A stretch of DNA of 59,434 nucleotides, taken from the NCBI GenBank assembly GCA_946411895.1, contig CAMKFP010000001.1:1-59434 (forward strand), in the 5' to 3' direction. The stretch comes from an uncultured Bacillales bacterium. Lineage in GTDB: Bacteria; Bacillota_I; Bacilli_A; RFN20; CAG-826. A program made the translations under genes and the position numbers. Within the stretch, counting starts at the first letter, position 1; each line of letters begins with the position of its first letter. The notes beneath the pieces were generated by a model that had not been told where the DNA came from, did no database searches, and saw only the letters and a list, made by a program, of their open reading frames with translations. This document shows, in pieces, positions 45,612 through 54,179 of the stretch.

Positions 45612-46307
45612 ATGAGTATGAAAGAAAGAGCAATTGTTGGCGTTGTTCTGATCCTCTTAGTGAGCTTAGTTGTCTTCCTAAGAATGAGAACAAAAAAATC
45701 TCGTATTAACACGAAATTTATCGCTAAAACCTCAATATTTGCTGCGTTTTCCATTATTCTTTACCTCGTTCCAGTGTTCAATTTTGAGTTAGTGGGAGTG
45801 TTCCCGTCTTTCCTAAAAATGCACTTTGATGAGGTTCCGGTTTTCATCGCCGGTTTTGCTTACGGACCTTTATCTGCTGGTTTTATTTTGATTATTAAGA
45901 CACTCGCTAAACTCCCTATATCGAATACACATGGAGTTGGTGAATTAGCCGACTTAATCTATAGCGCCGCCTTTATTCTTCCCGCCGCTTTCATTTATAA
46001 GAAGACAATGAAGAGTGCGATTATGGGTTTAATCATTGGCGCCATTATTCAAGTATTTACCGCTGCGACTATTACTACATTTGCCATTCTACCTTTCTAT
46101 ATGTACGTTATGGGCTTACCAAAAGGTTTCATCTTAGGTGCTTGCCAAGCGATAAATAAAAACATCACCGATCTTTCTTGGCCGTTCTTCTTCTATGTGG
46201 GATTACCATTCAATGCCTTAAAAGATGTGATGGTAGTAGTGATAACTATGGTCTTATATAAGAGACTCCATCGATTTATCGATGAGATGGCTGCCTCTAT
46301 CCAATAA
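45612..46307 (+). CDS. ribU: Riboflavin ECF-transporter S component RibU
   Basis: ...LKMHFDEVPVFIAGFAYGPLSAGFILIIKTL...GELADLIYSAAFILPAAFIYKK closely parallels Bacillus RibU (YpaA). It lies downstream of the FMN riboswitch. The ATG at 45612 is preferred to the ORF-track start. Confidence 0.85.
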   Translation: MSMKERAIVGVVLILLVSLVVFLRMRTKKSRINTKFIAKTSIFAAFSIILYLVPVFNFELVGVFPSFLKMHFDEVPVFIAGFAYGPLSAGFILIIKTLAKLPISNTHGVGELADLIYSAAFILPAAFIYKKTMKSAIMGLIIGAIIQVFTAATITTFAILPFYMYVMGLPKGFILGACQAINKNITDLSWPFFFYVGLPFNALKDVMVVVITMVLYKRLHRFIDEMAASIQ

Positions 46308-46316
46308 AAAACAAAA

Positions 46317-46346
46317 TAAAAACCAGGTCAACCGACCTGGCTTTTT
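46317..46346. terminator. Bidirectional terminator between ribU and the convergent ferredoxin gene
   Basis: CCAGGTC-AACC-GACCTGG flanked by an A-run and a T-run. Confidence 0.85.
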
Positions 46347-46351
46347 ATAAG

Positions 46352-46531
46352 TTATTCCTCAACGGAAATTGCTCCAACAGGGCAGACACTTGCAACTTCT
46401 TCTTCAGCGACACCATTGATGACTTCTGCTAAACCGTCATCTCCGATGGTGATGTCATCTGGATATGTACCAGCGCAACATCCGCAGCCGATGCAAAGTG
46501 ATTTATCGATTGAAACTTTTTTCTTTTCCAT
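46352..46531 (-). CDS. 59-aa single-cluster [4Fe-4S] ferredoxin (below the ORF-track length cutoff)
   Basis: My translation: MEKKKVSIDKSLCIGCGCCAGTYPDDITIGDDGLAEVINGVAEEEVASVCPVGAISVEE. CxxCxxC...CP motif. AGGAGG RBS 7 nt upstream. Confidence 0.85.
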   Translation of the reverse strand: MEKKKVSIDKSLCIGCGCCAGTYPDDITIGDDGLAEVINGVAEEEVASVCPVGAISVEE

Positions 46532-46675
46532 TCGATATTCCTCCTATTTGTTCTATGGGAATTATACCTAAAATTGTCCTGTTGTGGCAAATATTTTTAT
46601 GATTTTAACAATTAGAAGGAAAAAATATATTTTTTATCTACAAAATATCTCCTAAATTTAATATCATATTAAAAG

Positions 46676-46981
46676 ATGAAACAGAATTTAGAAACTAGAG
46701 TCGGAAAATATAAAGACTATCGAGCTTCCTTTGTTAAAGAGAACTCTCCGATTTTAGAAACCGAAGAAAATGATGTTTCCCAATATGATAAAAATGCCGC
46801 CACAACGTCCACCTTACCGATGGATGAAGTTATCAAGACCATTGAAAAGGATAACGAAGAGGTGGCTTTTTTAAAAAAGAAAAAAAGACAGTTTATTCTC
46901 AAAGTTACTTTGCTTGCTATTGGAGGAGCAATAATCGTCGGATTATTAATCTTCTTAGGCATCAAAGCATTCAATAGTTAA
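46676..46981 (+). CDS. Small protein with C-terminal TM anchor, unknown function
   Basis: 101-aa ORF. Acidic N-terminus, KKKKRQ, then a TM helix LLAIGGAIIVGLLIFLGI. Confidence 0.5.
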   Translation: MKQNLETRVGKYKDYRASFVKENSPILETEENDVSQYDKNAATTSTLPMDEVIKTIEKDNEEVAFLKKKKRQFILKVTLLAIGGAIIVGLLIFLGIKAFNS

Positions 46982-46993
46982 GGGGTGAGTGTT

Positions 46994-47671
46994 ATGAAAA
47001 AGATTGCTGTTGCGATTGACGGACCGGCTGCTGCTGGTAAATCCACTGTTGCAAAACAAGTGGCAGAAATAAAAGGTTATACCTATATCGATACCGGTGC
47101 TATGTATCGTGCTTTCACGTTGTATTGTTTAAACAAAGGAGTGGATTGTCAAGATCATGACGCTTGCGTCAAACTCATTCCAGAAGTGAATATTGAACTT
47201 AAACCAGGACACTTAGTCTTCCTTAATGGAGAAGATGTTTCTCGTGAGATTAGACTACCAAATGTTTCTGGTAACGTAAGTTATATCGCTAGCTATAAAG
47301 AAATCAGATTAGCTTTAGTGGAACTTCAAAGAAAGATGGCTGAAACCTCTAGTGTCATTATGGATGGCAGAGATATCGGAACATATGTTCTTCCTAACGC
47401 TGATGTCAAAATCTTCCAAATTGCCTCTGTCGAAACTAGAGCAATCAGAAGATATGATGAAAACATTTCTAAGGGTATCCCTTGCACCTTAGAAGAAATT
47501 GAAGAAGATGTGAGAAAAAGAGACTACATCGATTCTCATAGAGACTTCGCCCCACTTAAACCTGCAGCTGATAGTGTCTTATTAGACACATCATATTTAA
47601 ATGTTGAACAAGTCGTTGAGAAAGTTATTGAAATCATCGACGCCAAATTAGCGGAGGAAAAGGATGCCTAA
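46994..47671 (+). CDS. cmk: Cytidylate kinase
   Basis: IAIDGPAAAGKST P-loop, YIDTGAMYR, MDGRDIGT. ATG at 46994 preferred to GTG at 46985. Confidence 0.93.
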   Translation: MKKIAVAIDGPAAAGKSTVAKQVAEIKGYTYIDTGAMYRAFTLYCLNKGVDCQDHDACVKLIPEVNIELKPGHLVFLNGEDVSREIRLPNVSGNVSYIASYKEIRLALVELQRKMAETSSVIMDGRDIGTYVLPNADVKIFQIASVETRAIRRYDENISKGIPCTLEEIEEDVRKRDYIDSHRDFAPLKPAADSVLLDTSYLNVEQVVEKVIEIIDAKLAEEKDA

Positions 47672-48983
47672 AGGCATTGTCGCTATTGTTGGAAGTCCTA
47701 ACGTTGGTAAGTCAACGATTTTTAATCGTCTCATTGGCGATCGTCACGCGATCGTGGATGATGAGGCGGGTATAACACGTGACCGCTTATACGCATCATG
47801 TTCCTGGAGAGGAAAGAACTTCTCTTTAGTGGACACCGGTGGTATCGAATTAGCCAATCGTCCTTTCCAAGAACAGATTCGCACCCAAGCTCAAATCGCT
47901 ATTGATGAGGCTGATGTGATTGTTTTTGTCGCAGATGGAAAAGTTGGAATAACAAACGATGATCGCGCGGTCAGCAAAATGCTATATAAGGTTAAAAAGC
48001 CAGTCATCCTTGCGGTGAACAAAATCGATGAAGGTTCTCATGTTTCTGACGCTCAAGAATTCTATGGTCTTGGACTAGGAGAACCAATCGTTGTTTCTGG
48101 TGCACATGGCATTGGTATTGGTGACCTTTTAGATAAGATTGTTGAAAATTTAGGTGATTTTGAGGCCGATATTGCCGATGAAAATAAAGTTACCTTCTGT
48201 TTAGTGGGCCGTCCAAATGTCGGAAAATCTTCCCTTGTGAATGCCATCTTAAACGAAGATAGAGTCATCGTTAGCGATATCTCAGGAACCACCAGAGATT
48301 CTATTGATACACCATTTGAAAAAGATGGAATTAACTACACTGTCATTGATACAGCGGGGTTAAAAAAACGCGGCAAAATTTATGAGTCAATTGATAAATA
48401 TTCTGCCATTAGAGCCCTTAAGGCAATCGAAAGAAGTGAGATTGTTTTACTTGTTATAGATGGTCATCAAGGAATCACTGAACAAGATAAACATGTCATT
48501 TCTTATGCCACAGATTTACATAAAGCGATTATAATAGTTGTGAATAAATGGGATATCGTAGATAAGTCGACCAATACAATGTCTGACTTTTCTAAACTCA
48601 TTCGTAAGGAATATAAGTTCCTTGATTATGCGCCTATCGTATATTTATCCGCTTTAAAGAAACAAAGACTAGATACTTTGTTCGAAGCTTTGAATTTGGT
48701 ACATCAAGCATATTACACGAGAATTCAAACGAGCTTACTTAATGATGTACTACAAGATGCTCAGATGATGAACCCATCACCTGACTTCAACGGAGGAAGG
48801 CTTAAGATTATGTATGCATCTCAAGTCTCTACTGCTCCTCCGACATTTGTCATTTTTGTTAATAACCCTGAGTTTGTCCATTTCTCCTACCAAAGATACT
48901 TGGAGAATAGATTAAGGGAATCGTTTAATTTTGAAGGCACTCCATTAAACATGGTCTTCAGGATGAGAAAAGGCAAACAATAG
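47664..48983 (+). CDS. der: Ribosome-biogenesis GTPase Der (EngA), two GTPase domains plus KH-like tail
   Basis: GSPNVGKST and GRPNVGKSS P-loops, two DTGG motifs, and NKID / NKWD. Confidence 0.95.
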   Translation: MPKGIVAIVGSPNVGKSTIFNRLIGDRHAIVDDEAGITRDRLYASCSWRGKNFSLVDTGGIELANRPFQEQIRTQAQIAIDEADVIVFVADGKVGITNDDRAVSKMLYKVKKPVILAVNKIDEGSHVSDAQEFYGLGLGEPIVVSGAHGIGIGDLLDKIVENLGDFEADIADENKVTFCLVGRPNVGKSSLVNAILNEDRVIVSDISGTTRDSIDTPFEKDGINYTVIDTAGLKKRGKIYESIDKYSAIRALKAIERSEIVLLVIDGHQGITEQDKHVISYATDLHKAIIIVVNKWDIVDKSTNTMSDFSKLIRKEYKFLDYAPIVYLSALKKQRLDTLFEALNLVHQAYYTRIQTSLLNDVLQDAQMMNPSPDFNGGRLKIMYASQVSTAPPTFVIFVNNPEFVHFSYQRYLENRLRESFNFEGTPLNMVFRMRKGKQ

Positions 48984-49008
48984 GTTGTTATAGAAAAGGG
49001 GATTCTAT

Positions 49009-49293
49009 ATGAAAAAGATTAACAAGAAAGATCTTGTGGATGAAGTGGCATTAAAAGCCCACTTATCTGCGAAAGATTCGAGAAGGGCATTAGATGTGGC
49101 CTTCGAGATGATGGAAAGAGAATTGCTCGCTGGTAACGAAGTTAACATCTCTAATTTTGGAACATTTAACGTCAAAACCAGAGCAAGAAGAGAAGGAACC
49201 CATCCTAAAAATCACACTCGCTTAGTCATTGAAGAAGCTAAGAACATTGTCTTCAAAACATCTAAAAAATTAAAAGCGAAGATTAATAAGTAG
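49009..49293 (+). CDS. hup: HU-family DNA-binding protein
   Basis: 94 aa. ...GNEVNISNFGTFNVKTRARREGTHPKN... HU/IHF arm motif. Confidence 0.9.
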   Translation: MKKINKKDLVDEVALKAHLSAKDSRRALDVAFEMMERELLAGNEVNISNFGTFNVKTRARREGTHPKNHTRLVIEEAKNIVFKTSKKLKAKINK

Positions 49294-49333
49294 TAAAATA
49301 TTAAATTTGTTTATTTATAAACAAGTGTAGAAG

Positions 49334-49365
49334 AGAGACATTCCATTCAAGGATGTCTCTTTTTC
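49334..49365 (+). terminator. Rho-independent terminator after hup
   Basis: AGAGACAT...ATGTCTCT stem followed by TTTTT. Confidence 0.8.
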
Positions 49366-49413
49366 TATATTTTTATAAAGTGATAAATAAAAAGAAAAAA
49401 TGAACAACAATTA

Positions 49414-49429
49414 TTGTCTTTATAGACAA
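49414..49429. repeat. Inverted repeat TTGTCT-TTAT-AGACAA just upstream of the nucleotidyltransferase gene
   Basis: Read directly. The same TTGTCT/AGACAA arms occur in the 20-bp palindrome at 55940-55959. Confidence 0.4.
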
Positions 49430-49451
49430 AATTGAATATTATATTAAAACC

Positions 49452-50132
49452 ATGAATAAGAAAATCGTAGCCTTTATGTCTTTAGCCAATATCTTTGAGA
49501 AGCAGGGATATAAGCTTTATGTTGTCGGTGGTGCGGTTAGAGACTACCTCCTTCATAAAGACCCAGAAGATTTAGACGTGGTGACAGACGCTACTCCTGA
49601 TGAAGTTAAACTTTTCTGTTTGGGTGATTTTACCTTTGCCAAACTTGGCTGCGTAAAAATCAAACACCAAGGTGTGACATTTGAATTAACTACGTTAAGA
49701 AAAGAAAAAGACTATGAAGACTTCCGTCATCCTAAAGAAATCACATTTGTGAAATCTTTAAGAACCGACTGTAAGAGAAGAGACTTTACAATCAACGCGA
49801 TGTATATGGATGCCTCTTTCTTTATCTATGACTATGTCGGTGGTCGTAAGGATTTAGAAAAAAACATTCTTAGAATGATTGGCAACGCTGATAAGCGTAT
49901 CAAAGAAGACCCACTTCGTATTTTAAGAGCGATTCGTTTCTGCTTGATGTATAAGTTTGCCTTCTCTGTGGATTTATTAAAAGCCATCACTGATAACATT
50001 GATCTTTTAAAAGAATTAAAGCCACAAAAGATTAAACAAGAACTCAAAAAAATTGAAGGTGTCAGCAGACAAGAGATGGATGCTCTTTTTAGCAGATTAT
50101 CTATTCATGAATATTTAGATATGTTAGAGTAG
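49452..50132 (+). CDS. Short (226-aa) class-II tRNA nucleotidyltransferase / poly(A)-polymerase-family protein: head and neck only
   Basis: GGAVRDYLL...DLDV (motif A), RRDFTINAM (motif B), EDPLRILRAIRF (motif D). The protein ends about 170 aa earlier than typical bacterial CCA-adding enzymes. Confidence 0.8.
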   Translation: MNKKIVAFMSLANIFEKQGYKLYVVGGAVRDYLLHKDPEDLDVVTDATPDEVKLFCLGDFTFAKLGCVKIKHQGVTFELTTLRKEKDYEDFRHPKEITFVKSLRTDCKRRDFTINAMYMDASFFIYDYVGGRKDLEKNILRMIGNADKRIKEDPLRILRAIRFCLMYKFAFSVDLLKAITDNIDLLKELKPQKIKQELKKIEGVSRQEMDALFSRLSIHEYLDMLE

Positions 50133-50140
50133 AGTTACCT

Positions 50141-50800
50141 ATGGTAAGTGAAGCATTAGATTTCAGATTTCTCTTATTAGAGAATTATAAAAAACTTAAA
50201 CTCTCTGAAGTGGAAGTGACAACCATCTTGATGATTGATCAATTCATCTCTCAGGGTAATCCTTTTGTGACTGCTGATTTACTCTCTTTAAAGATGTCTT
50301 TAGATGTTAAAGAAATCGATAAAGTTTTAGCGACTTTACTCACTAGAGGTTTTATTGAATATATCTCCAAAAAGAACAAAACTATTACTACACTCGATCC
50401 TTTAAAAGCTCGTTTATATAAAGAATTCGAATTATCTTTATCTAGAGAAACTGAAAACAAGAAAAACAAAAAGGCTAACGAGGAACTTGAAAACGTCTTC
50501 GCTCAGTTTGATAAACTCCTTGGTCGTAGCCTTTCTCCAGTTGAAATCTCTAAGATTAGAGAATGGATTTCTTATGGCTATAGTGATGAGACAATTATCA
50601 ATGCTTTAAAGGAAGCTCTTTCCAAAGGAAAGAAATCTCTTAGAAGTGTCGACAAAATTCTCTTAACTTGGTCTACAAGAGACGACATCGAAAAAGAAGG
50701 TCAATCCGCGATAAGTGAAGATTGGGACCGCAATTTAGAAGAGACCATTAGAATCGCCAAGACTCCTTGGTTGGACACCGACGATGACGAAGAAAAATAA
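50141..50800 (+). CDS. dnaD: DnaD-domain replication initiation / membrane attachment protein
   Basis: The C-terminal FDKLLGRSLSPVEISKIREWI...YSDETIINALKEA matches the DnaD/DnaB_2 domain. dnaD-nth synteny as in Bacillus. Confidence 0.8.
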   Translation: MVSEALDFRFLLLENYKKLKLSEVEVTTILMIDQFISQGNPFVTADLLSLKMSLDVKEIDKVLATLLTRGFIEYISKKNKTITTLDPLKARLYKEFELSLSRETENKKNKKANEELENVFAQFDKLLGRSLSPVEISKIREWISYGYSDETIINALKEALSKGKKSLRSVDKILLTWSTRDDIEKEGQSAISEDWDRNLEETIRIAKTPWLDTDDDEEK

Positions 50801-51410
50801 AATTGAAAAACTCATCCCTTTTCTTGATGAACTATTTCCTCAAGTGGGATGTGAACTTATCTATCATAAAGACTACGAACTAGTGATTGCAGTGATGCTT
50901 TCCGCTCAGACTACTGATGCTTCGGTGAACGCTGTAACGCCAGTTTTATTTTCGACTTATTCTTCTTTAGAAGAATTAGCAAACGCCAAACTTGAAGATG
51001 TGGAAAACATCATCCATAGTATTGGCCTATATAAAAACAAAGCCAAAAACGTTATTGGCATCGCTCAAGTTTTATTAAGAGATTTTAATGGCGTGGTGCC
51101 AAGTGACAAAGATCTTCTTCAAACTCTTCCTGGAGTGGGTAACAAAACTGCCGGCGTTGTAAGAGCGGAGTTCTTTAAAATACCAGACCTCCCTGTTGAC
51201 ACCCATATCTTAAGAATCTCAAAGCGACTTGGTTTAGCTAATCTTGAAGATGATGCTTACGAAGTTGAAATGAAACTTAAAAAGATTATTGATGAAGATA
51301 GATATATCAAAACTCATCATCAATTAATTCACTTTGGAAGATACTTCTGCACAGCGAGAAATCCTCAATGTGAGAAGTGCAAAATAAAAGAGATTTGCAA
51401 TAAAAAATAG
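50784..51410 (+). CDS. nth: Endonuclease III
   Basis: HhH-GPD LPGVGNKTA...VDTH and an Fe-S loop CTARNPQCEKCKIKEIC. Confidence 0.93.
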   Translation: MTKKNKIEKLIPFLDELFPQVGCELIYHKDYELVIAVMLSAQTTDASVNAVTPVLFSTYSSLEELANAKLEDVENIIHSIGLYKNKAKNVIGIAQVLLRDFNGVVPSDKDLLQTLPGVGNKTAGVVRAEFFKIPDLPVDTHILRISKRLGLANLEDDAYEVEMKLKKIIDEDRYIKTHHQLIHFGRYFCTARNPQCEKCKIKEICNKK

Positions 51411-51428
51411 GCGTTTTGCCTATTATTT
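51402..51428. terminator. Bidirectional terminator shared by nth and recU, overlapping both stop codons
   Basis: AATAGGC-GTTTT-GCCTATT with flanking A and T runs. Confidence 0.7.
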
Positions 51429-52013
51429 GAAGTATTTTTCTTCAACTGCATCTATGTAATATAGACGAGGATTGTATCCTTGTTTTATTTTTATTCCCTC
51501 AGTCTTAAAGACTTCATAAGGAATAGATTTTCTTTCTCCGTGTTCATAGTAGTGAATTACAAAGCTCGCATCGAGAAGATAGATCTCGTTTTGAATTTGA
51601 AACTCAATAATGAAGAAGGCAATACCACCGTGTTGAATTACTCTTTTGAGGTGTTCGATTTGATGTTTGGAGATATTCGCTAGTGGGAATGATGTTTTGC
51701 TTTTTGTGTTCTTGGCTTCGAAATCAATATAACGTCCTTTATAGACTCCGTTATAGTCAGTGGTGGATTGTTTTTCAAAATAGGCATCCACAATTTTAGC
51801 ACCTTTTGAGTAGTCAACTTTCACCACATTAATGGGAGTTGGACGTTTATGAATTAAAGCGATATTATTCACAGAATAATATTCACTAGATTGATTGATA
51901 TCTTCTTCTAAAGACATACCTCTGTTGGCAGAGGAAATTGAAATATCCGCTTTGGTCTTTCTTTCCTTCTTAGCGGTTGGGGTATATTTCTTGCCGTTAG
52001 GGTAGTTAATCAT
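51423..52013 (-). CDS. recU: Holliday-junction resolvase RecU
   Basis: 196 aa. ...NRGMSLEEDIN...YY..., DYNGVYKGRYIDFEAKNT (catalytic D..E.K region). Confidence 0.88.
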   Translation of the reverse strand: MINYPNGKKYTPTAKKERKTKADISISSANRGMSLEEDINQSSEYYSVNNIALIHKRPTPINVVKVDYSKGAKIVDAYFEKQSTTDYNGVYKGRYIDFEAKNTKSKTSFPLANISKHQIEHLKRVIQHGGIAFFIIEFQIQNEIYLLDASFVIHYYEHGERKSIPYEVFKTEGIKIKQGYNPRLYYIDAVEEKYFK

Positions 52014-52738
52014 TACTTTAAATAATCCTTTAAATATTCTTCAAAGTCTTGAGGAGTGACACTCTTGCCGCTTGCTAAATCATTGACGGCTTTAGAGATT
52101 GGATCTGGTAAGTGATTGACCTTTCCAATTACTCTTTTATATTCCTGTAAGATAGCATCTGGATTGCCGACAAATGCATCATATAAATTTGCTAAGTTGA
52201 TCGCATCCGCTCTTGGATCATGAGCAGGTTGAGCTTGTTCAATTTTGAAGAACTCACAAGCATGAATGAGGGATAATGCGTTAAAGTTCGCATCTCTAAG
52301 GAATTCGTTCATAAATGTAGCAAAATCAAAGTAATTTTTTTGAATTTGTGAGCAAATTTCTTTTGGGAAATCAATATTGTAGGCGATAGATTGGCCAAGA
52401 ATTCTCATATCATGATTACCAAAAGTCATGAATGTGGATTTCTTAAAAGCCATGCCACAATACGCTTTGAGTTTTTCCATTGCGACTTTAAAAGAAACGC
52501 CATTTTTAGCAATATCAGCTTCGGTAATACCTGTTAAGTTAGTGACAAAGTTACCGATTTTGTTTTTTGCTTTAACATAGATTTTAAAAGGATCTTTTCT
52601 TCTTTTGATTCTTCCATATCTATCAAGGCTCACTAAAACACCGCCAATGGCGATCATCTCATGGGAGAACTGTGTGCCTTCGAAGTCGAGGAAGACGATA
52701 TGTTTATGTCCTTTTAATGCTTTTTCTAGTTTCTTCAT
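52013..52738 (-). CDS. DEDDh-type 3'-5' exonuclease (KapD/ERI-1-like)
   Basis: FLDFEGT (Exo I), GNHDMRIL (Exo II), HDPRADAINLANLY (Exo III with His). Its stop overlaps the recU start by 1 nt. Confidence 0.8.
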   Translation of the reverse strand: MKKLEKALKGHKHIVFLDFEGTQFSHEMIAIGGVLVSLDRYGRIKRRKDPFKIYVKAKNKIGNFVTNLTGITEADIAKNGVSFKVAMEKLKAYCGMAFKKSTFMTFGNHDMRILGQSIAYNIDFPKEICSQIQKNYFDFATFMNEFLRDANFNALSLIHACEFFKIEQAQPAHDPRADAINLANLYDAFVGNPDAILQEYKRVIGKVNHLPDPISKAVNDLASGKSVTPQDFEEYLKDYLK

Positions 52739-52833
52739 AAATCTTGATAATTATAGCACTGCTTCTCTTTTTTCAAAAGAAAAAAGATTGAAATATACAT
52801 GCTTCTCTTATATTATATAAAAGAGGTTTACTA

Positions 52834-53196
52834 ATGGCAATTAAGCTTGTATTAAATTCCGAAGTAGTTCTTAATAAGAAATTTCCTTCTGCTCCAAGAG
52901 GTTATGACCCTCTTCAAGTTGATGAATTCTTAGACAAAGTCCTCGCTGATTATCGCCTTATTGAAGATAGTAAAGTCGTTGCTAAAAATGATGTCACCGC
53001 TTTAGAAAAGCGAGTCAAAGAATTAGAGAAGTCAAATGAAGAACTAAGAATTGAGAATAGCAAGTATAAATCAAGATTAGAAAACATCAATGAGGGTGAC
53101 ACCGTCACAAAAGATAATATTCATCTCGTAAAGAGAATCAATTTCTTAGAGAAGTTCCTCTATAACCACGGTTTCAACCCCAAAACAATTAAATAA
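52834..53196 (+). CDS. gpsB: GpsB / DivIVA-domain cell-cycle protein
   Basis: FPSAPRGYDPLQVDEFLDKV DivIVA N-terminal motif plus a coiled coil. Adjacent to rnpB, as in Bacillus. Confidence 0.8.
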   Translation: MAIKLVLNSEVVLNKKFPSAPRGYDPLQVDEFLDKVLADYRLIEDSKVVAKNDVTALEKRVKELEKSNEELRIENSKYKSRLENINEGDTVTKDNIHLVKRINFLEKFLYNHGFNPKTIK

Positions 53197-53201
53197 AAAA
53201 A

Positions 53202-53535
53202 CTTCGATCCGGATAATTGCTGCTATTTAGTAGAGGAAAGTCCATGCTCGCACAGGCTGTGATGCCTGTAGTGATTGCGCTAGCGGAAAAACTAACGCTA
53301 GGTACGCAGGAGTGCGTAACGGCGAATGATCACCTAAAGGAAACCATGGTGAGAGTTCTGAAAGTGCCACAGTGACGTAGCTTATTGGAAACAATAAGGT
53401 GGAACGCGGTAAACCCCACAAGCGAGAAACCCAAATTTGGTAGGGGAGGCCTGATGGCGATAAACGAATTGCCTATGGCAAGCATTGCTTAGATAAATAA
53501 TTATCCACGACAAAACATGGCTTATAAGATCGAAT
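53202..53535 (+). ncRNA. rnpB: RNase P RNA (bacterial type B-like)
   Basis: AGAGGAAAGUCCAUGCUCGCAC..., ...GUGCCACAGUGACG..., ...GGUAAACCCCAC... conserved cores. P1 pairing: CUUCGAUC (53202-53209) with GAUCGAAU (53528-53535). Confidence 0.9.
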
Positions 53536-53554
53536 ACTCACTTTAAGGAGAAAT

Positions 53555-54175
53555 ATGAATCTTCCAACCAAAATTACTGTTTCAAGAATTGTCAGCATAG
53601 TGGTGATGGTTATTACCCTTGTGGTTTTATCATTCATCAAAGAATTTCATTCACCAATTCTTGGACTCTCAAGAATTAATCTTGTCTATCTCATTCTCTG
53701 TGTCTTCTTCTTAGTGGCTTCTTTCACTGATTATTTAGATGGTCACTTAGCTAGAAAGAACAATCAAGTTACTAACCTTGGTAAGTTCTTAGACCCAGTT
53801 GCAGACAAGCTCTTAATTAATTCATTAATTATCTTCTTGGTCACCAAACCACATTTTGTGGGTGCTGATCAAGTGACCGTGACAGTTTGGACTGCGATTA
53901 TTCTTGTCGCTCGCGACATCGTCGTCGATTCCTTAAGATTTATTGCTGCCCAAAAGAATGTTGTCATCGCTGCCAACATCTTTGGTAAGCTCAAAACTGT
54001 CTTAGAGATGGTCTTCATCTCTGTTGTCTTATTAAATGGTTTCCCATTCACATTCATTGATGGAGATTGGAACATTTACTTTGTAAGAGTAGCCGAAATT
54101 GCTACAGTAGCCGCTTCTGTATTATCCGGAGCTATCTACGTAGTGCAAAATAGAAAAGTTTTCCTAGGAGATTAA
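53555..54175 (+). CDS. pgsA: CDP-diacylglycerol--glycerol-3-phosphate 3-phosphatidyltransferase
   Basis: CDP-alcohol phosphatidyltransferase motif DYLDGHLARKNNQVTNLGKFLDPVADK. Confidence 0.92.
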   Translation: MNLPTKITVSRIVSIVVMVITLVVLSFIKEFHSPILGLSRINLVYLILCVFFLVASFTDYLDGHLARKNNQVTNLGKFLDPVADKLLINSLIIFLVTKPHFVGADQVTVTVWTAIILVARDIVVDSLRFIAAQKNVVIAANIFGKLKTVLEMVFISVVLLNGFPFTFIDGDWNIYFVRVAEIATVAASVLSGAIYVVQNRKVFLGD

Positions 54176-54179
54176 TAGT

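Noticed and set aside
53501-53508. DnaA-box-like TTATCCAC.
   Set aside because: It is a single occurrence, located inside the 3' part of the RNase P RNA gene, with no neighbouring boxes or AT-rich unwinding element.
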